From Octopus vulgaris (Eukaryota), in contig OX597814.1 of the NCBI GenBank assembly GCA_951406725.2, positions 40,238,001 through 40,302,000 of the forward strand: DNA of 64,000 bases. The letters run 5' to 3'. Made by a program: the position numbers and the translations under genes. Position 1 is the stretch's first letter, and every line of letters begins with the position of its first letter. Shown in pieces: positions 37,916-51,600 of this stretch. The notes under the pieces were generated by a model. That model saw nothing but the letters and a program-made list of their open reading frames with translations. It did no database searches and was not told the origin of the DNA.

Positions 37916-39798
37916 TCTAATATAAAGAGATGTGTGTGTATTGGCTTTTCACGTGAAAATGGCTTCACCAGTTGCTTCCATAATTTTGATGCGTGAATAA
38001 TTTGACCTCAGACATATGTTAGGCTCTTTATTTGATTATTTATTAAACATTTAAAAGGAAAGTTTTTTAAAATTAAATTCGCATCTCTGAAAGGCTTTTA
38101 AATTATTTACTCCCGGTTTTCTAGCGTCAGTCACATCTATGTCGCCCTATCAATATCTCTCTATCCATCTCTATATTTATATCTGTCTCTCTGTATCTCC
38201 CTGTCTATATCGTATATATCTATCTTATTTGATAAACTAGCTAGCTCTCTGTCTCTCTCTTTCTCTTTCCCCCATCTCGCTATTTTTCACTAACTGTCTA
38301 TTTTTTCAGATTCATTTTTCAGACACTATTAGTTCACTGTGAGTTTTCAATCGCTATTTAACTTCAACTATGACAAATTACTGACAGAAAGAAGTTCACA
38401 ATTACTGATGAAAATAAATTCCTACATAATTTACTGACAGAAGTAACATCATAAATGTCACTTCAATCCGTACACTTCGCTGAATCCGCCTACATATTTC
38501 TTATTTAGATTTGCAATATTGTTTTTTTTTTTGTTTTTTTTTTTGTTTTCGTATTTGACGGAATTACTGATAAAAGTAAGTGCATAATTTGCTGACGGAA
38601 GTATCTTCGAAAATGTTACTTAAATCCGTGCACTTTGTTAATTTCCCTAAAAATTTCTTATATTTATTTTTGCTACGGTTTTGTGATTTTCTTTTGTTAA
38701 GGGTTTTTTTCTGGTTCCCTCGATATTGATTCTTTGGTTCATTAAGTAACACATTTCGCTTCAACCCGCACAAGACTTTATTTTCCGTAAAATATTTCTT
38801 ATTTACTATCTGCTCGTCTTATTAAGAAATGTAATTATCGTCACATGGTTGTTTTCATGTTTACTATCTTTTGCACCCGTGCATTTCTGTATGCGTATAT
38901 AAATATGCATAGAAGGAAAGTATCAAATTTATCAAACATATCAAGGTCAACCAAAAAATATTTCTGTTCAGGGAAATAGAGACAGCTTCAGAAAGGGGAA
39001 AAAAACAAGAATCGAACAGACTGTGCACTACAAAAGCCATACCTTCTCAAAGTGATTGACAGAAGTATTCACGGTTGACAGAGGTATGCACGGTAAAGGG
39101 CAATTGCAACAGCTCAGAGAAGCAACTTCTATGAACCAGTTTCAATTATGATCCAGCAGTTCATTATAAAGATGACACTAGAGATACCATTAGTGCAATG
39201 ACAACTGAGTGCATATATTATAAAGCGAACACGTGGCCTGGAGAGACACCTGCTCTGTGCTGCAATGTTGGAAATGTTAAACACCATCCAATCCCCCCCA
39301 ACTCCAGAGTCATTGAAGAAATTGTTGTCGTCAACAGACCAAGAATCCAAGCAATTCCAAAACAAAGACAATACAAAGCTACACTGCAGATGACATCATT
39401 TGGAACCACAAGATATTTAACAGAGTTAGGATTCATGCAAACTTTCAAAATACAAGGTTAGATTTATCATCGGATAGGCTTTCTACTGCCTCTGTCAAAT
39501 AAATCACTAAAATCGGCCTTTCATAGTTTAATAATCTGTACCTGTTTTTGGTTACGAAATAAGCTAGACAAACCCTGTTTGTGAATTACGTGTATTTACT
39601 TTAAATATATATTAGAGTTGCAAAATTTATTTTAACATTTCACTTAACGACTATGTTCCATGCTGGCATGGGTAGGAGAGTTTTTAATGTAAAAAGTTGG
39701 TAACTCAGCTACTAACAGTTGAGACCTACGTAATCTAGACGGCGTTTTAAAATTTCATTATTCTTTATAAGCCGGGCGACGCTGGGTATTACTGCTCG
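37916..39798 (+). mobile_element. Non-autonomous Helitron with a Rep-helicase N-terminal relic
   Basis: 5' A|TCTAATATAAAG; 3' gccgggcgacgctgggtattactgCTCG|T, matching the Helitron ends at 61670-61699. Internal WPGETPALCCNVGNVK...RQY...LQMTSFG...GFMQTFKIQG*IYHRIGFLLP at 39198-39495. Confidence 0.8.
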
Positions 39799-42448
39799 TC
39801 CTGTTATAAAGCAAATACAAAGTTTAGATGCATAAGTAAATCTACCACTCACTTCACATATCCTTATACAAATGCCATTGTTCATCATCCATCTATTAAG
39901 GAAAGACTGGAACAAAGAAAGGATAATTAGCTAACGAATTGTTTGGAGGTAGGTAATACTTAATTTAATTACTGAATATTGCATAGATACATGTTCATTG
40001 CGTACAGCAATATCACATTGGTTTTAAAAAATGTTTTAGATAATAAGATTATTCCCTTACTAATAAGTATGACGGATATCGATATATATCTCTTGCAATA
40101 ATTAATATCTTGCATGCGTTTGCTTATTAAGGTGGACAAAAATATTTTGGATGCAACAACATTATAAAATTACTTCAATAAAAATACAAATACTGTTAGT
40201 AATTAAATTGGATTATATTAAACTAATTCATGAATTCCAATTTATCTACGATGGAACAAGAAGGAGCAATGTTTTCAGTGGTGTGATGGCAACACAGTAT
40301 GTAAAGTGTCTGACATATTTTTATTCTGTCAGTATGTTGTATTCTTGCAGTATCACAATTAATATAATACTTATTTAACAATGCATTTATCAGCACATTG
40401 TATTTGAAGAATTATATTTACCATGTACAACACTATGTGACTACGGTTTGGGATTTATTAATTCTAGAATTCAATTTATAAATATTACACATCTGGTTTA
40501 TATATATTTCTGTCGGTATTTTTATAGTTATTACCAGCAAGTTAATTATTAAGATGATATTTGTGTTTGGACTCGAAAACTAATAATTTTGAAAAATACA
40601 TGGTTTTTGAATGACATCTGTTGATATTCATTAGAATATAAAGAAACTTAAGTGAGAATACTTATTCATACATTTCGGAAGAAAGATTGCATCTTTTCAT
40701 TCCTCGTCACAACACAATAGGTAGTTGGCCCTTTTGACACTAGGTTTTTATTTATAGTAGGTTAATGACATCAGTAAAGAGTACTTCTTGCACGATTCTT
40801 AGAATTTATATATCATATGACACGAGAACTCACTGCAAAAACAACTTGTGATATTCGTGTTGGCATGAATACATATATGTTCCCAATATTAGAAATGCCA
40901 TTATAAAACGCAAATGAGAAGTCATACTCATGGTAAATGTATCGAAAGAAAAGCTAATAAAAGCAAGCATATTCTGTATTCTGAGAGGTTCATATTTATT
41001 CATGGTATGTGAAGAAACATACGATGCCATCTTCATAGTCAATAAACAAAGTATAAGCCAATAACTATGTTTGAACTTCTTTTGTGTTTTTAGTTTGGAG
41101 GAATCTTAACGTGCATTTGCGCGTTGGAAACATTTTTTGTATCTCAAAAGGGTCGCTACGGCAATAATAAACACACACACTAGTTCTATTTTACCTTATT
41201 ATTCGTCGACTTGGTAAAATATTCCCTTAAATGTGTGTTTGATAAATCGTTCGGCCAATCAATCAGTCATTCAGGGAAATCAAACAATTATTCCTATAAT
41301 GCGTGACTTTATCAATGACATGCCTCATATGATTCATATGCACATGTATAGGTGTGTGCACGTGTGGGTGAATATGCGTGTGTGTATGTGTGTGAGTGTG
41401 TGTGTGTATGCATGTGCGTACTTATGTATGTGTGAATATTATTGATATCGAAATTTAAATTTATATTCTAAAAACAATTTTATGTTTCCGTTCGAAAGTA
41501 AAATGAAAACTGCATAATTTGTAGAAACAATTTGTTAATGAGTGTTAGAATTTCGTCATCCAGAATTCGGACGCTCATAAACAACTAAAGCACGTGATTA
41601 TATCTTCAAGTATTCTTCATATCTCAAAAGCACTAATTGATTATTGCGAAACCATGTTAAGAATTTTTGCAGTTTTTTGAGACACTACATATTTCTCTTT
41701 GTATGTAAGGCGTTATGTAAATGTAAGAAGAGAAATATTCATAAGAAGAGAATATCTGTACAGGAATCCCTTGACTATCGAGGGTGTTATGTTCCAAAAC
41801 CCACCACGAGAGTTAAATATCCCCTTGGTAAAAACAGTACTGTACTATTGTACTGTATTTTTGTTATTTTTATAATTTGTTATATATTTATTTTATTATA
41901 AATGCAAAAGAAACTAACGCCACAGTGGAATCCACGTAAGCTTAAATAATAAACCGCGATAGGTGAAAAGCGATATGTTGAAGGATTACTGTAATTAGAA
42001 ATTCTATTGCTTTCCTATTTCATAGAATTACTTTTAAATATAAATATCGATTTCCTGCATTTCCTAAACATATTCAGGCCAAACATAAATGACTAACCTA
42101 CTCTTTATGGGCAACAACTGAAAACAGCGTCTAGAATAATATTTTGTCTTTTGAATTGCTGCTCTCTCTATAGTGTGTGACAGACACCAATAAACTGTAT
42201 GCTGACGAAGTGTAAGACCACATGTTCTATATTAACTAGAATATACACTATGATCACTAAAATTCAGGAAGAATGTTATGTTTCTTTTTATTGTTTAGAT
42301 TCATTTGGCAGATTAATGATCAAGAACTTTGAAGTCACTTGCTTTAATGAAAATATTTCTTATTTAGATATGTACTTTTGTCTCTTTTATCGCAGTCACG
42401 TATAGCATTTAGTCTCTAGTTTCTGCTCATCGTCTTTTCCTCTCTTGT

Positions 42449-42489
<41 letters not shown>

Positions 42490-44074
42490 GAATAAATGAA
42501 AGAATGGAGTCGAACGAAGATTTTAACAAAGTTCCTTTACTTTCAACACATGTTTCGAATACTTCATATTCTCAATTCCGAAGGAATAAAGGGTGCATTA
42601 TGCCGTCTCCTCATCAGGAAGGACAAGGAACCTCTATCAGCCTCAAGACGGACAAACACTTTTTTATGGATTCCTATAAAGTGCTCACAGTGATAATGAG
42701 TGTTTTTTTTAAAAATCCGTTATAAGCAATGACGTCAAAATTGGTTGGAAAGAGGAAATTATAAAAATAAGAAGGGGATAGCATGCATGCTGTATGAGTG
42801 CATGTATATAACTGCATTTATGTCAATGTATGTGTGGGTGTGTAATTATGTTTGTGTTGGGGACAATTGTCAAATAAATATAGCAGTAGGGTGAGAAATT
42901 TGTGTCTGTGTGTTTGATTGAGCGTGTGACAGAGATAGAGAGGGAGAGAGAGAGGGAGAGAGGTAGAGAGGAAGAGATAAACATACGCTAATGACATTTA
43001 GTATTATTGTTTTATGTAACGGAGTAGACATAAAAGAGACGTGAAATTAATTACTAAAACATAGAAGCTATCTGTATTATTTATCATTTATATGAATGGA
43101 AGGAGTGTTTTTGCCAGTGCTTACACTTATAGGATTTTTTCTATTAATGTGTTAACCAAGGGGAACTTGGCGAAAATGATATAGAAGAGCTCGGAATTAC
43201 AAATTCCGCAAAATTTCCTGCCCTTATCAAAATTCGATTAACCGAATTATCAATACAAGGATAATTCATTCACCTACATATATATATATATAATTTTCCA
43301 TATTTTAAAATATTGAGTCGTATTTAATTCCCACTGACTGTTTCTAGAATGCGTCTACTATACTTCAACTTCTCATATAAAATTTATCGGGATATTTCCT
43401 GTTAAACATGGAAATGGCAAGATAAGACCCATTTCAAAACTTTGGTAAAATGCATTTTAAACAAACACCAATACCAATATTCCTTACATCCTATTCAGTT
43501 AAAGCATCGTACGCTAACTTAAGGCCAACTGCAATGACATTTTTAAACATTTAAAATGTATTTTCAATTTATATATTTGTAAGAATTTGTAGAAATTCGT
43601 TGTAACATTTTTCTAGTTATACACACGTGCGATCATTCTTGTAAATCGTTCTGGTTTGAGGCACGAAACACTAATTCCAAAGTCAGTTAAATATATATAA
43701 ATGAATGGCATAATGCTTATGTATGTTTTCCGAAGATGAATAATATATAATTTTATTTTCATGTATGTATTTTCATTGCATTTTAATAGGCATTTCACAT
43801 GTATATATTGTTAAAAATTAATGCAATACATATACAATCACTTTCCAGTGTGAAACTATTAATGATAGTAACTTTTATAGATAACCAGATGAGCAGAATT
43901 ATGTGTGTCACTTCACGTAAAAAATATTTCGTTGGTTTTGCTTTATTTAATATAATCTACGATATAGATGCAGCTTCTTTGGTTATTTTATAGTTTATTC
44001 TATCATACCTTCGCCATAAGTTTTGGAAATCGAACTTATTGTGATATAGTTATACAGTGTGTATAACGATTTAG

Positions 44075-44163
44075 GATTTAAGTTTTGAAGAACTTCAATT
44101 AACCTTAAAGCGAGAATTTGAAAGCCGTCTTAAATTGAAGACTTTTGAATACTCAGCCGTAAG
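44075..44163 (+). CDS. Candidate 89-nt coding exon
   Basis: acgatttag| ... AAG|gtaaga. Open frame DLSFEELQLTLKREFESRLKLKTFEYSAV. The polypyrimidine tract is weak. Confidence 0.3.
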
Positions 44164-44229
44164 GTAAGAATTTGGGGGGTCTAGTGGGGACCTGTTGTAT
44201 GTTGCAAATTATCTTTACAAGCAACAAGT

Positions 44230-46168
44230 CTTCACCAGGCTCTAATATGCCGGAGGCTGAGTGAAAATATTATTCACTTAATTGTGAAAATTATTGGTTT
44301 GGTAGGCGTATTCTGCCAAACTTTTGTTTGAAAATAGGGTTTTTCCTGTTAAGGAGTACCTAGAAGAAATTTGGAATGATTTTTTAACTGTTTTACAGTT
44401 GTGTTAAATTTTGGCCGTAACGATGAATTGAGAATTTTCGTTTGAGAATTCTTCTTGTGAATTCTAGTGGGCGTATCTCGCCAGAAAAATATAAGAATAA
44501 GCCAGTTCGATTACCCTTTTGGATTACATTTTGGATTGCCTTTTTGGAGTATTATACAAAGGATTCCCTGTCTGTGCTATTTTTCCCTTCTTCTATCATT
44601 TCTTTCTTTCTAAATTTTGGTTCATTCTTTTCATTTCAGTTTCCTCCCCTCCCCTTTATTTTGTTTTATTTTTATTCGGTTTAATTTTTGGGGGCAGACT
44701 GTCTTTTGAACTACTTTTGAACTGTTTTTTGACATGACAGAGAAGGAACATAAAAAGAAAAACTGTGCCTTAGAGTGGGAAATTAACCCGCATAAGCAAT
44801 GTTTAAAAGATATGGAGGAGAAGACGATCGTACTTAGAACGTATTCTAAAGTTCTTAATTCCATCACCGTCTTCCCAAAACAAGTCATAAAAATGAACTT
44901 AAAGAACATTTGTCCTCTGTAAAATATATCCCCCGTGGTGTCAAACATGCAACCGTATGGTTGCTGCTTGACAACGGGGAAAATGCTCGCCAGTTTGTGA
45001 GTCAGCCTTTAGAAGGCAAGGAAATCCTGTTTCTCCCGTCATATTGTGGAAGGAAATTAATACGAGCCTGGGTATGTGGGCTCCCCCAGGGCACAGAAGC
45101 GGATTGGATTGAAGATACCATCCGACGGGGACAGGGGGATTGCGGGCCCAGGCTCTTAAATGTAAAGGTATTGCCGGCGGTCGATTGGGAAGGGTCAAAA
45201 GCGATTTTGATTCTGTGGAAACCATCGGCCGCAACAGAACTGGTTTTTCAAGATTTCTGGCTGCAGATATCCGGTGATGCTTGAGGGACGTCCCCCAAAG
45301 TGTCACTCGTGCCTGCAGCCAGGCCACATTAAAAGGAACTACCCCAAGGACCATGGTAAGGTCCTGGAACAGTCACCAGATGCCACCTCCCCTACCCGGT
45401 CAAAGGGAGAGGTGGATGTGGTCGAGGAGGCTTCAGCCTCCTCTACTCTAAAAGGATTAAAAAGGAAGAAGGTGAGCAACAATAGTTGCCCGCCGAAGGA
45501 ACCTAAGGCTTCGCGAGGTGGGGAAGAGTCTCCGGACAAAGCGGAAGAGCTCTACTCTCCCGAAGCCAGGAAGAAAGAAAAAAGAAAAAAGAATGGCTCA
45601 TCTCAGCAGGGAGATGATGTGCCGACTGCATGCCCCGAAGTTGTGCCACCCACGGTGGAAGAAACCACCCCCACCCTTAAAGATGATCAATTGATTATCT
45701 TTTTCTACAAGGGCGGGGATGTGCAAAAAATAGTAGAAGAACATAAAGAAACAGTCGATATTCCCTTCACACGGGATCCCGAATGGCCTCCGCAGATAGC
45801 TGTGGGGGTCATAAGGTTTCACTTGTGGGAAAGGCTTAAAGGATTTGGGGAGGCGAGTCGCATATGGCTGGGTGGCCCTTACACGACTTACATGTCCTAC
45901 ATGAGTGAGGGATGGGAAATGGCGGGATACAGGAACTCAAGTGGCACTGAAGATAATGATCAATATATCGATGGATATATCGAAGAGTAGGAGGTGAAAG
46001 ACCCTCGTTACAGCGTTTGAAACCTCACCTTATTGGACTATTTTGTAGTTCTTTATAACCTCAATTTTGTGTTTTAAGAAAGAAAAAAGAAAATATGTTA
46101 AGTAAGAGGTTTTAGTGCCTCCTTGTAAAATGTTTGAAACCTTATATTGATTAAAAAAAAAAAAGAAA
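44230..46168 (+). mobile_element. ORF1-only Tx1/L1-type retroposon (HAL1-like); 5' boundary approximate
   Basis: ORF1 at 44734-45990 in three frameshifted pieces, with zinc knuckle EGRPPKCHSCLQPGHIKRN(Y)P. A ~160-nt 3'UTR and ATTAAA/poly(A) follow at 46150-46168. No ORF2. Confidence 0.65.
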
Positions 46169-46308
46169 ATATATTTTCGAGAAAAATCCAATCGGCGGGT
46201 GTTGGGTTTCGTCTCTCATCTATTCATTATAATTCATATCATTCATTAATGTGTTTGTCCAGCCCGCAATGCTCTTTGTACTGTCTATATGACAAATTTA
46301 TGAAATAA

Positions 46309-46707
46309 AGTAGCTTGTTTAACAACCACACGGTTCTGGGTTCAGTCCCACTGCGTGGCACCTTGGGCAAGTGTCTTCTGCTATAGCCTCGGGCCGACCA
46401 AAGCCTTGTGAGTGGATTTGGTAGACGGAAACTGAAAGAAGCCCGTCGTATATATGTAAATATATGTATGTACGTGTATATGTATGCGTTTGTGTGTTTG
46501 TGTTTGTCCCCCTAGCATTGCCTGACAACCGATGCTGGTGTGTTTATGTCCTCGTCACCTAGCGGTTCGGCAAAAAGAGACCGGTAGAATAAGCACTGGG
46601 CTTACAAAGAATAAGTCCCGGGGTCGAGTTGCTCGATTAAAAGGCGGTGCTCCAGCATTGCCGCAGTCAATTGACTGAAACAAGTAAAAGAGTAAAGAGT
46701 AAAGAGT
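46309..46707 (+). mobile_element. SINE family A
   Basis: Reverse complement of 32832-33268, with the tail gtaaaagagtaaagagtaaagag. Confidence 0.85.
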
Positions 46708-48267
46708 ATACAATAGAAATATGACGGCTAATATCGACGGAATATCAAAACGCTTTCTGTAATGACAATACAAGGGAAGGATAAGTAGAAATTGACATTG
46801 TACTATAGAGAGCATGCTAATTTCTTAAATTACCACAAACATTGCACACTCACGTGCGCGCGTGCTCACGTGTGTTTGCGTTTGCGTTTGGGTCTGCTTA
46901 TGTGTGTACGTGTATGTGCGTGTTTTTGTGCATAATATGTATTTATAATTGTGTATATATAATTATGTACGGATGTATGTAAATATGTAATGGACGGCTG
47001 CAGGTTATGAGGGAAATAGCAACCTTGCAATAATTATTGATTAGAAATTAATTTCAGTTTATTTACGAAGTATTTTGCGCTTCCTATATGCGTATTAGAA
47101 ATTTATTTTAAATCATTTAGATTTACCTCTGTTGCCAATTATTTGTCCCATAGTGTTATTAAATCCATTATTATCTATCATCAAATGAGACTTATTTTGT
47201 CAATATATCTCATTTTCATGAACCTCTCAGGAATAGTTGATTCTGCGTGTAATAAAAATACTTTCTAAAATCAGCTGCATCGTAAATGATAGACACATAC
47301 AAAGTTTCTAAGAGCAAAATTCAGCTGCTATATATGGTTTCACATCACCTTATTAATATTGAACTATCAACCCCTCTCTGCAATATGAAATTGTACAATT
47401 ATCATCGCTGCTCTTTTTCAAATTTTGCATGAAAATGCTATCAAACTACAAGGAGATTCGTTCGACAGATAAATAGATATATTTCTCTAAAGAATTATCT
47501 ACTTTACTTATAAAGTTGTTATAAAAAAAAACATGCATTTCTTGAGAAATAAGTCTTTGAAATGATCACAGCAAAAAACGCTTGAAGCCGCTGCAACAGA
47601 CGTGCATTCATCGTATACCATATATACGTTAGTGACATATAACTTCGTCAAATGTAGATTATCAAAAAAAAAATCAACTTTGCATCTACTATTATTAATA
47701 ATTTGGTACAAATATTTCGTCTTTCGTCCATCCTAGGGTCATATCGCATTTTATAACTTATGTGACTTCACCTTCAAGCTTGTAGGTCATGCTCAATGTC
47801 AAAGTAACTGCAACGCTAAACGGAGTTTGAAATCTCTAGCATAACATTATCAAATGTGAAAAAAAATGCTTATGTATATAGCTTAGTTTTTGTCCACCAT
47901 GAATCCAGTTGCCCAATTTTATTGTTTGCTCCGTCACAGTTAACGTTTGCGATATCAATCCTATTCATTATTGATTTAGCCAAGCAATTAACATCGTGTA
48001 AGCAAATCTCATGAATGTTACAGTCACATCATTTATCCTATAATTTTTAGTAAAAATTTCATAATTACAACCTCTGAGAGAACAGATAAAATACGCACAG
48101 ACAAAATACATTAATACAGCTATTGGTAGTTATTATCGTCCAGGCAAATGAAGGCCAGTTGCACTATTAATGCAAAAATGTGTATGTGTGTGAACAAACA
48201 TCAAAGTAAATCAAAGACGACGTACTTTAGACTTGGTCAAATAAAGATTTGAGCAGAAGTTTTAATC

Positions 48268-48470
48268 ACAACATAAAAGATAATTCAGTTCTATATTTAA
48301 GAGATGAGAAGTAATGTACGTTGTTTTTATTATTTACAATTAACGGATATTTGTCCTCGTCTTGATTGTTCTTATCAAAACGTTTCGACTGATATACCTT
48401 CCAGCCTTCATCAGGCGTCCTGGGGAAGTTTCGAACCTGGGTTGTCATTCCTAAGCTATTTTCGATGTTT
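48268..48470 (-). mobile_element. PLE terminal repeat with a hammerhead relic (48375-48420)
   Basis: Minus strand ggacgc-CUGAUGA-a.ggcug...caguc-GAAA-cg-UU-uuga. Core and stem II are intact, stem I is eroded. Second copy at 1905-2020. Confidence 0.65.
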
Positions 48471-48520
48471 TATTGTTGTTGTTGTTGTTATTATTATTAT
48501 TATTATTATAATTATTATTA

Positions 48521-48613
<93 letters not shown>

Positions 48614-48616
<3 letters not shown>

Positions 48617-51600
48617 TAGTTTTAATTTTATAGCGTGCTTTCACTTCACTACCGAGCGCAGCACTGTGTGCCTTGGGTATGTGCTGTGATTTGTTGTGAT
48701 GCTCTGATGGTTATTGTATGGAAAGTGTTCTGCGTAGGATGTGTGCAGTGCCTAGTAGTGCAATTTTCTGTATGTTATATATGTTTGTAAGTCCTGGTGT
48801 TTTTGTTATGTATTTGTCTGAATATTTTTTATCATGCCTAATGTACCTACTATGATAGGAATTGTTTCTGTTTTCAGATTCCACATTCTAGTTACCTCTA
48901 TTTCCAGGTCTTTGTATTTTGAAAGTTTCTCCTTTTCTTTTAGAGAAACGTTGTCATCTGCCGGTATTGATACATCAATTAGAAAGCATTTTTTTCTTCA
49001 TAGTATCTGACAACTATATCTGGTCTGTTGGCCTTAATTTCTCTATCTGTGTGCATCGGCATATCCCAGTGTATGGTTGCTTTCTCATTTTCTGTGACCT
49101 TTTCTGGTGTGTGCCTATACCATCTATTTCTGTTGTTATTCCATAATTTTGGCATAGCTTCCAGTGTATGTAGGTTCCAACTCTCTCGTGTCTGTGTATA
49201 TATTTCGTCTTAGCCAGGACTGGGCAGCCAGAGATAATATGATTTATTTTTTCTTGTCCATCTCCACATATTCTGCAGTTACTTGTTATATTTCTTTTCA
49301 TTACATGTTTTTGGTAATTTTTGGTGGAGAGGCTTTAGTCTTTTGCTTCAAATAATAATCCCTCTGTCTCTGCTTTGAGTCCTGAGCTTCTCAACCATTG
49401 CTGGGATTTTCCTTTGTCTATTTCTTTTTCGTTTAGTTAATCCAGTATTTACCATGAAGGGGCTTTTCTTGCCATCGTTTTATCATGGTTCGTTGCCGTT
49501 CAATTTTTAGTGTGGATTTCATTAGTTTTATAGCTTTTGTTGTTTCTTTATCTTTTCGTATTTATTAGGTGGTATGATTTTTTGTTTGTATTTGTCAGCT
49601 TCCTAAATACTGAGAACAGTTTTTTGTTTTGCTCGTGTTTTGCCGATATTTGTATCAGTTTTCCTTCGTTCTGAAGTAGATAATTTTGCAGTCCTATGGT
49701 GGTTATTTTATAGTAGTTTTCCAGCTGTATAAGGCCTCTACCACCTTCTATACGTTGTATATATAATCTTTCTCTGTCAGATTTTGGGTGACGCATCCTA
49801 AATCCTGTCATTATTTTTCATGTTTTCCTATCTATTTTGGTCAGTTCGTTTAGTGTCCAGATAAGGATATTGTAGCTGTAACTTATAACTGGGACAGCTA
49901 AAGTGTTAATACCTATTATCTTGTTTTTAGCATTGAGCTCTGTTTTTAGTATTGATCTAACTCGTCTATAATATTCTTTTTTTATTTTGTCTTTTATTTG
50001 TGTGTGTTGTGTCTTATCTAGTTCATGGATTCCTAAGTATTTGTAAGTTTGGCTTTGGTCTAATTCTTGTATTTCATTGGTTTTATATAGTGTGATGTTG
50101 TTACTCTTAACTAGTTTTCTTTTTTCATGGTTACTTTGGCGCATTTTTCTAATCCAAATTTCATATCTATTTCTTTGGTGAATCCATGAACTGTCTTTAA
50201 TAGTGTTTCTAGCTGTTTGTCATTAACAGCGTATAGTTTTAGGTCATTCATATATAAAAGGTGACTGATCGTTTTGCCGTAACATTTATATCCGCATCCA
50301 GTTCTATTTAGCATATCAGATAGAGGTGACAGTGCCAAGCAGAAAAGGAGTGGAGAGAGCGTGTCTCTCTGGAATATTCCTCTTCTAATGGGGATGTCTT
50401 TGGTTTTCATGAGTCCCTCTTTTGTTTGGAGCTGTAGCACTGTTTGCCATTTATTCATAAAGTGCCCTATGAATTTTATAATTGTTGGTGCTACGTTGTT
50501 AATGGCTAGTGTTTCGAGGATCCATGAGTGGGGCATGCTATCAAACGCCTTTTTGTAGTCGATCCTTGCCATACTGATGTCTTTCTTCTTTCTACGGTTG
50601 TCTTCAGTTATGGGTTTATTTATCATTAGTTGAACTTTACAGCCATATGAGCCTTTGCGCCATCCTTTCTACTCTTCTGGAAACAGGTTGTTTTCGTCCA
50701 GGTGCTCGTTCAACCTTTGCGATAGCACTGCAGTAAATGCCTTGTATATTGTAGGGAGTCAAGTCTGTAGGTCTCTGGGTTTGCTGTCTTATTTGGTTTG
50801 GGAATTAAGACAGTTTTCCTCTTCGTGAGCCATTCAGGCATTGTCTCTGGCTCTACTAGTATGTTGTTAAATTTTTCAGCCAGCTTTTTGTGCATTCCTG
50901 TTAGATATTTCAACCAGAATTTGGGGATCTTGTCATGCCCAGGTGCCTTCCAGTTGCTTTGTTTTTTCAGTGCCTGGGTGACCTCTTCAATTGTTATGGG
51001 GGTCCAAAGTTGCTCAGATGCTGAGTTTGTTGTTTTAATACTCCTTTTTTTTGTTGTTTGTTCGCCGACCATATTTCTTTCCAGAATTCTTCCACTTCTT
51101 CTGCCGTTGGTGCTGCACTTATTTCTATTTTATTTTTGCCAAGTTCTTGGTAGAACTTTTGGGGGTTGGAGTTTAACTTTTTGCCTTGTTCAAAGAAGCG
51201 CTGGCGTTTCTCGTGCCGGTGTATCCTTTGTGCTTTGGGAAGGATATCTTACTTCAGCTTTTCTTTTATCTCAGTTAAATCTTTTTCTGTGATGTTATAT
51301 TTGCGGAGTGTTTTTGTTTTCTTTTTGTTGCTCTGTAGCGTTGATTGTCTACTGATTTCATTAAGAATCGACAGATCGTTTCTCATTTTTTGTATTTTGT
51401 TTTGGATGTTATTTATCCACAAGGTTTGTTTTGGTGGTGGTACTCCTGTTTGGATGGGTTTGAGTGAGTATCCAGCTTCTTTTTGGCTGCAGTGGTTGCT
51501 GCGTATACTAAGTCATTTAGCTCAGTGATATCGCTTTTTGTTTCAGTGGCTATTAGTTCCGTGACTGCTAGGTTTATGCTGTTTATAATTGGTGTTGTTG

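Noticed and set aside
42540-42625. Minus-strand CTGATGA...GAAAcatgTG motif
   Set aside because: The GUG triplet is non-cleavable, and stems I and II are not convincing.
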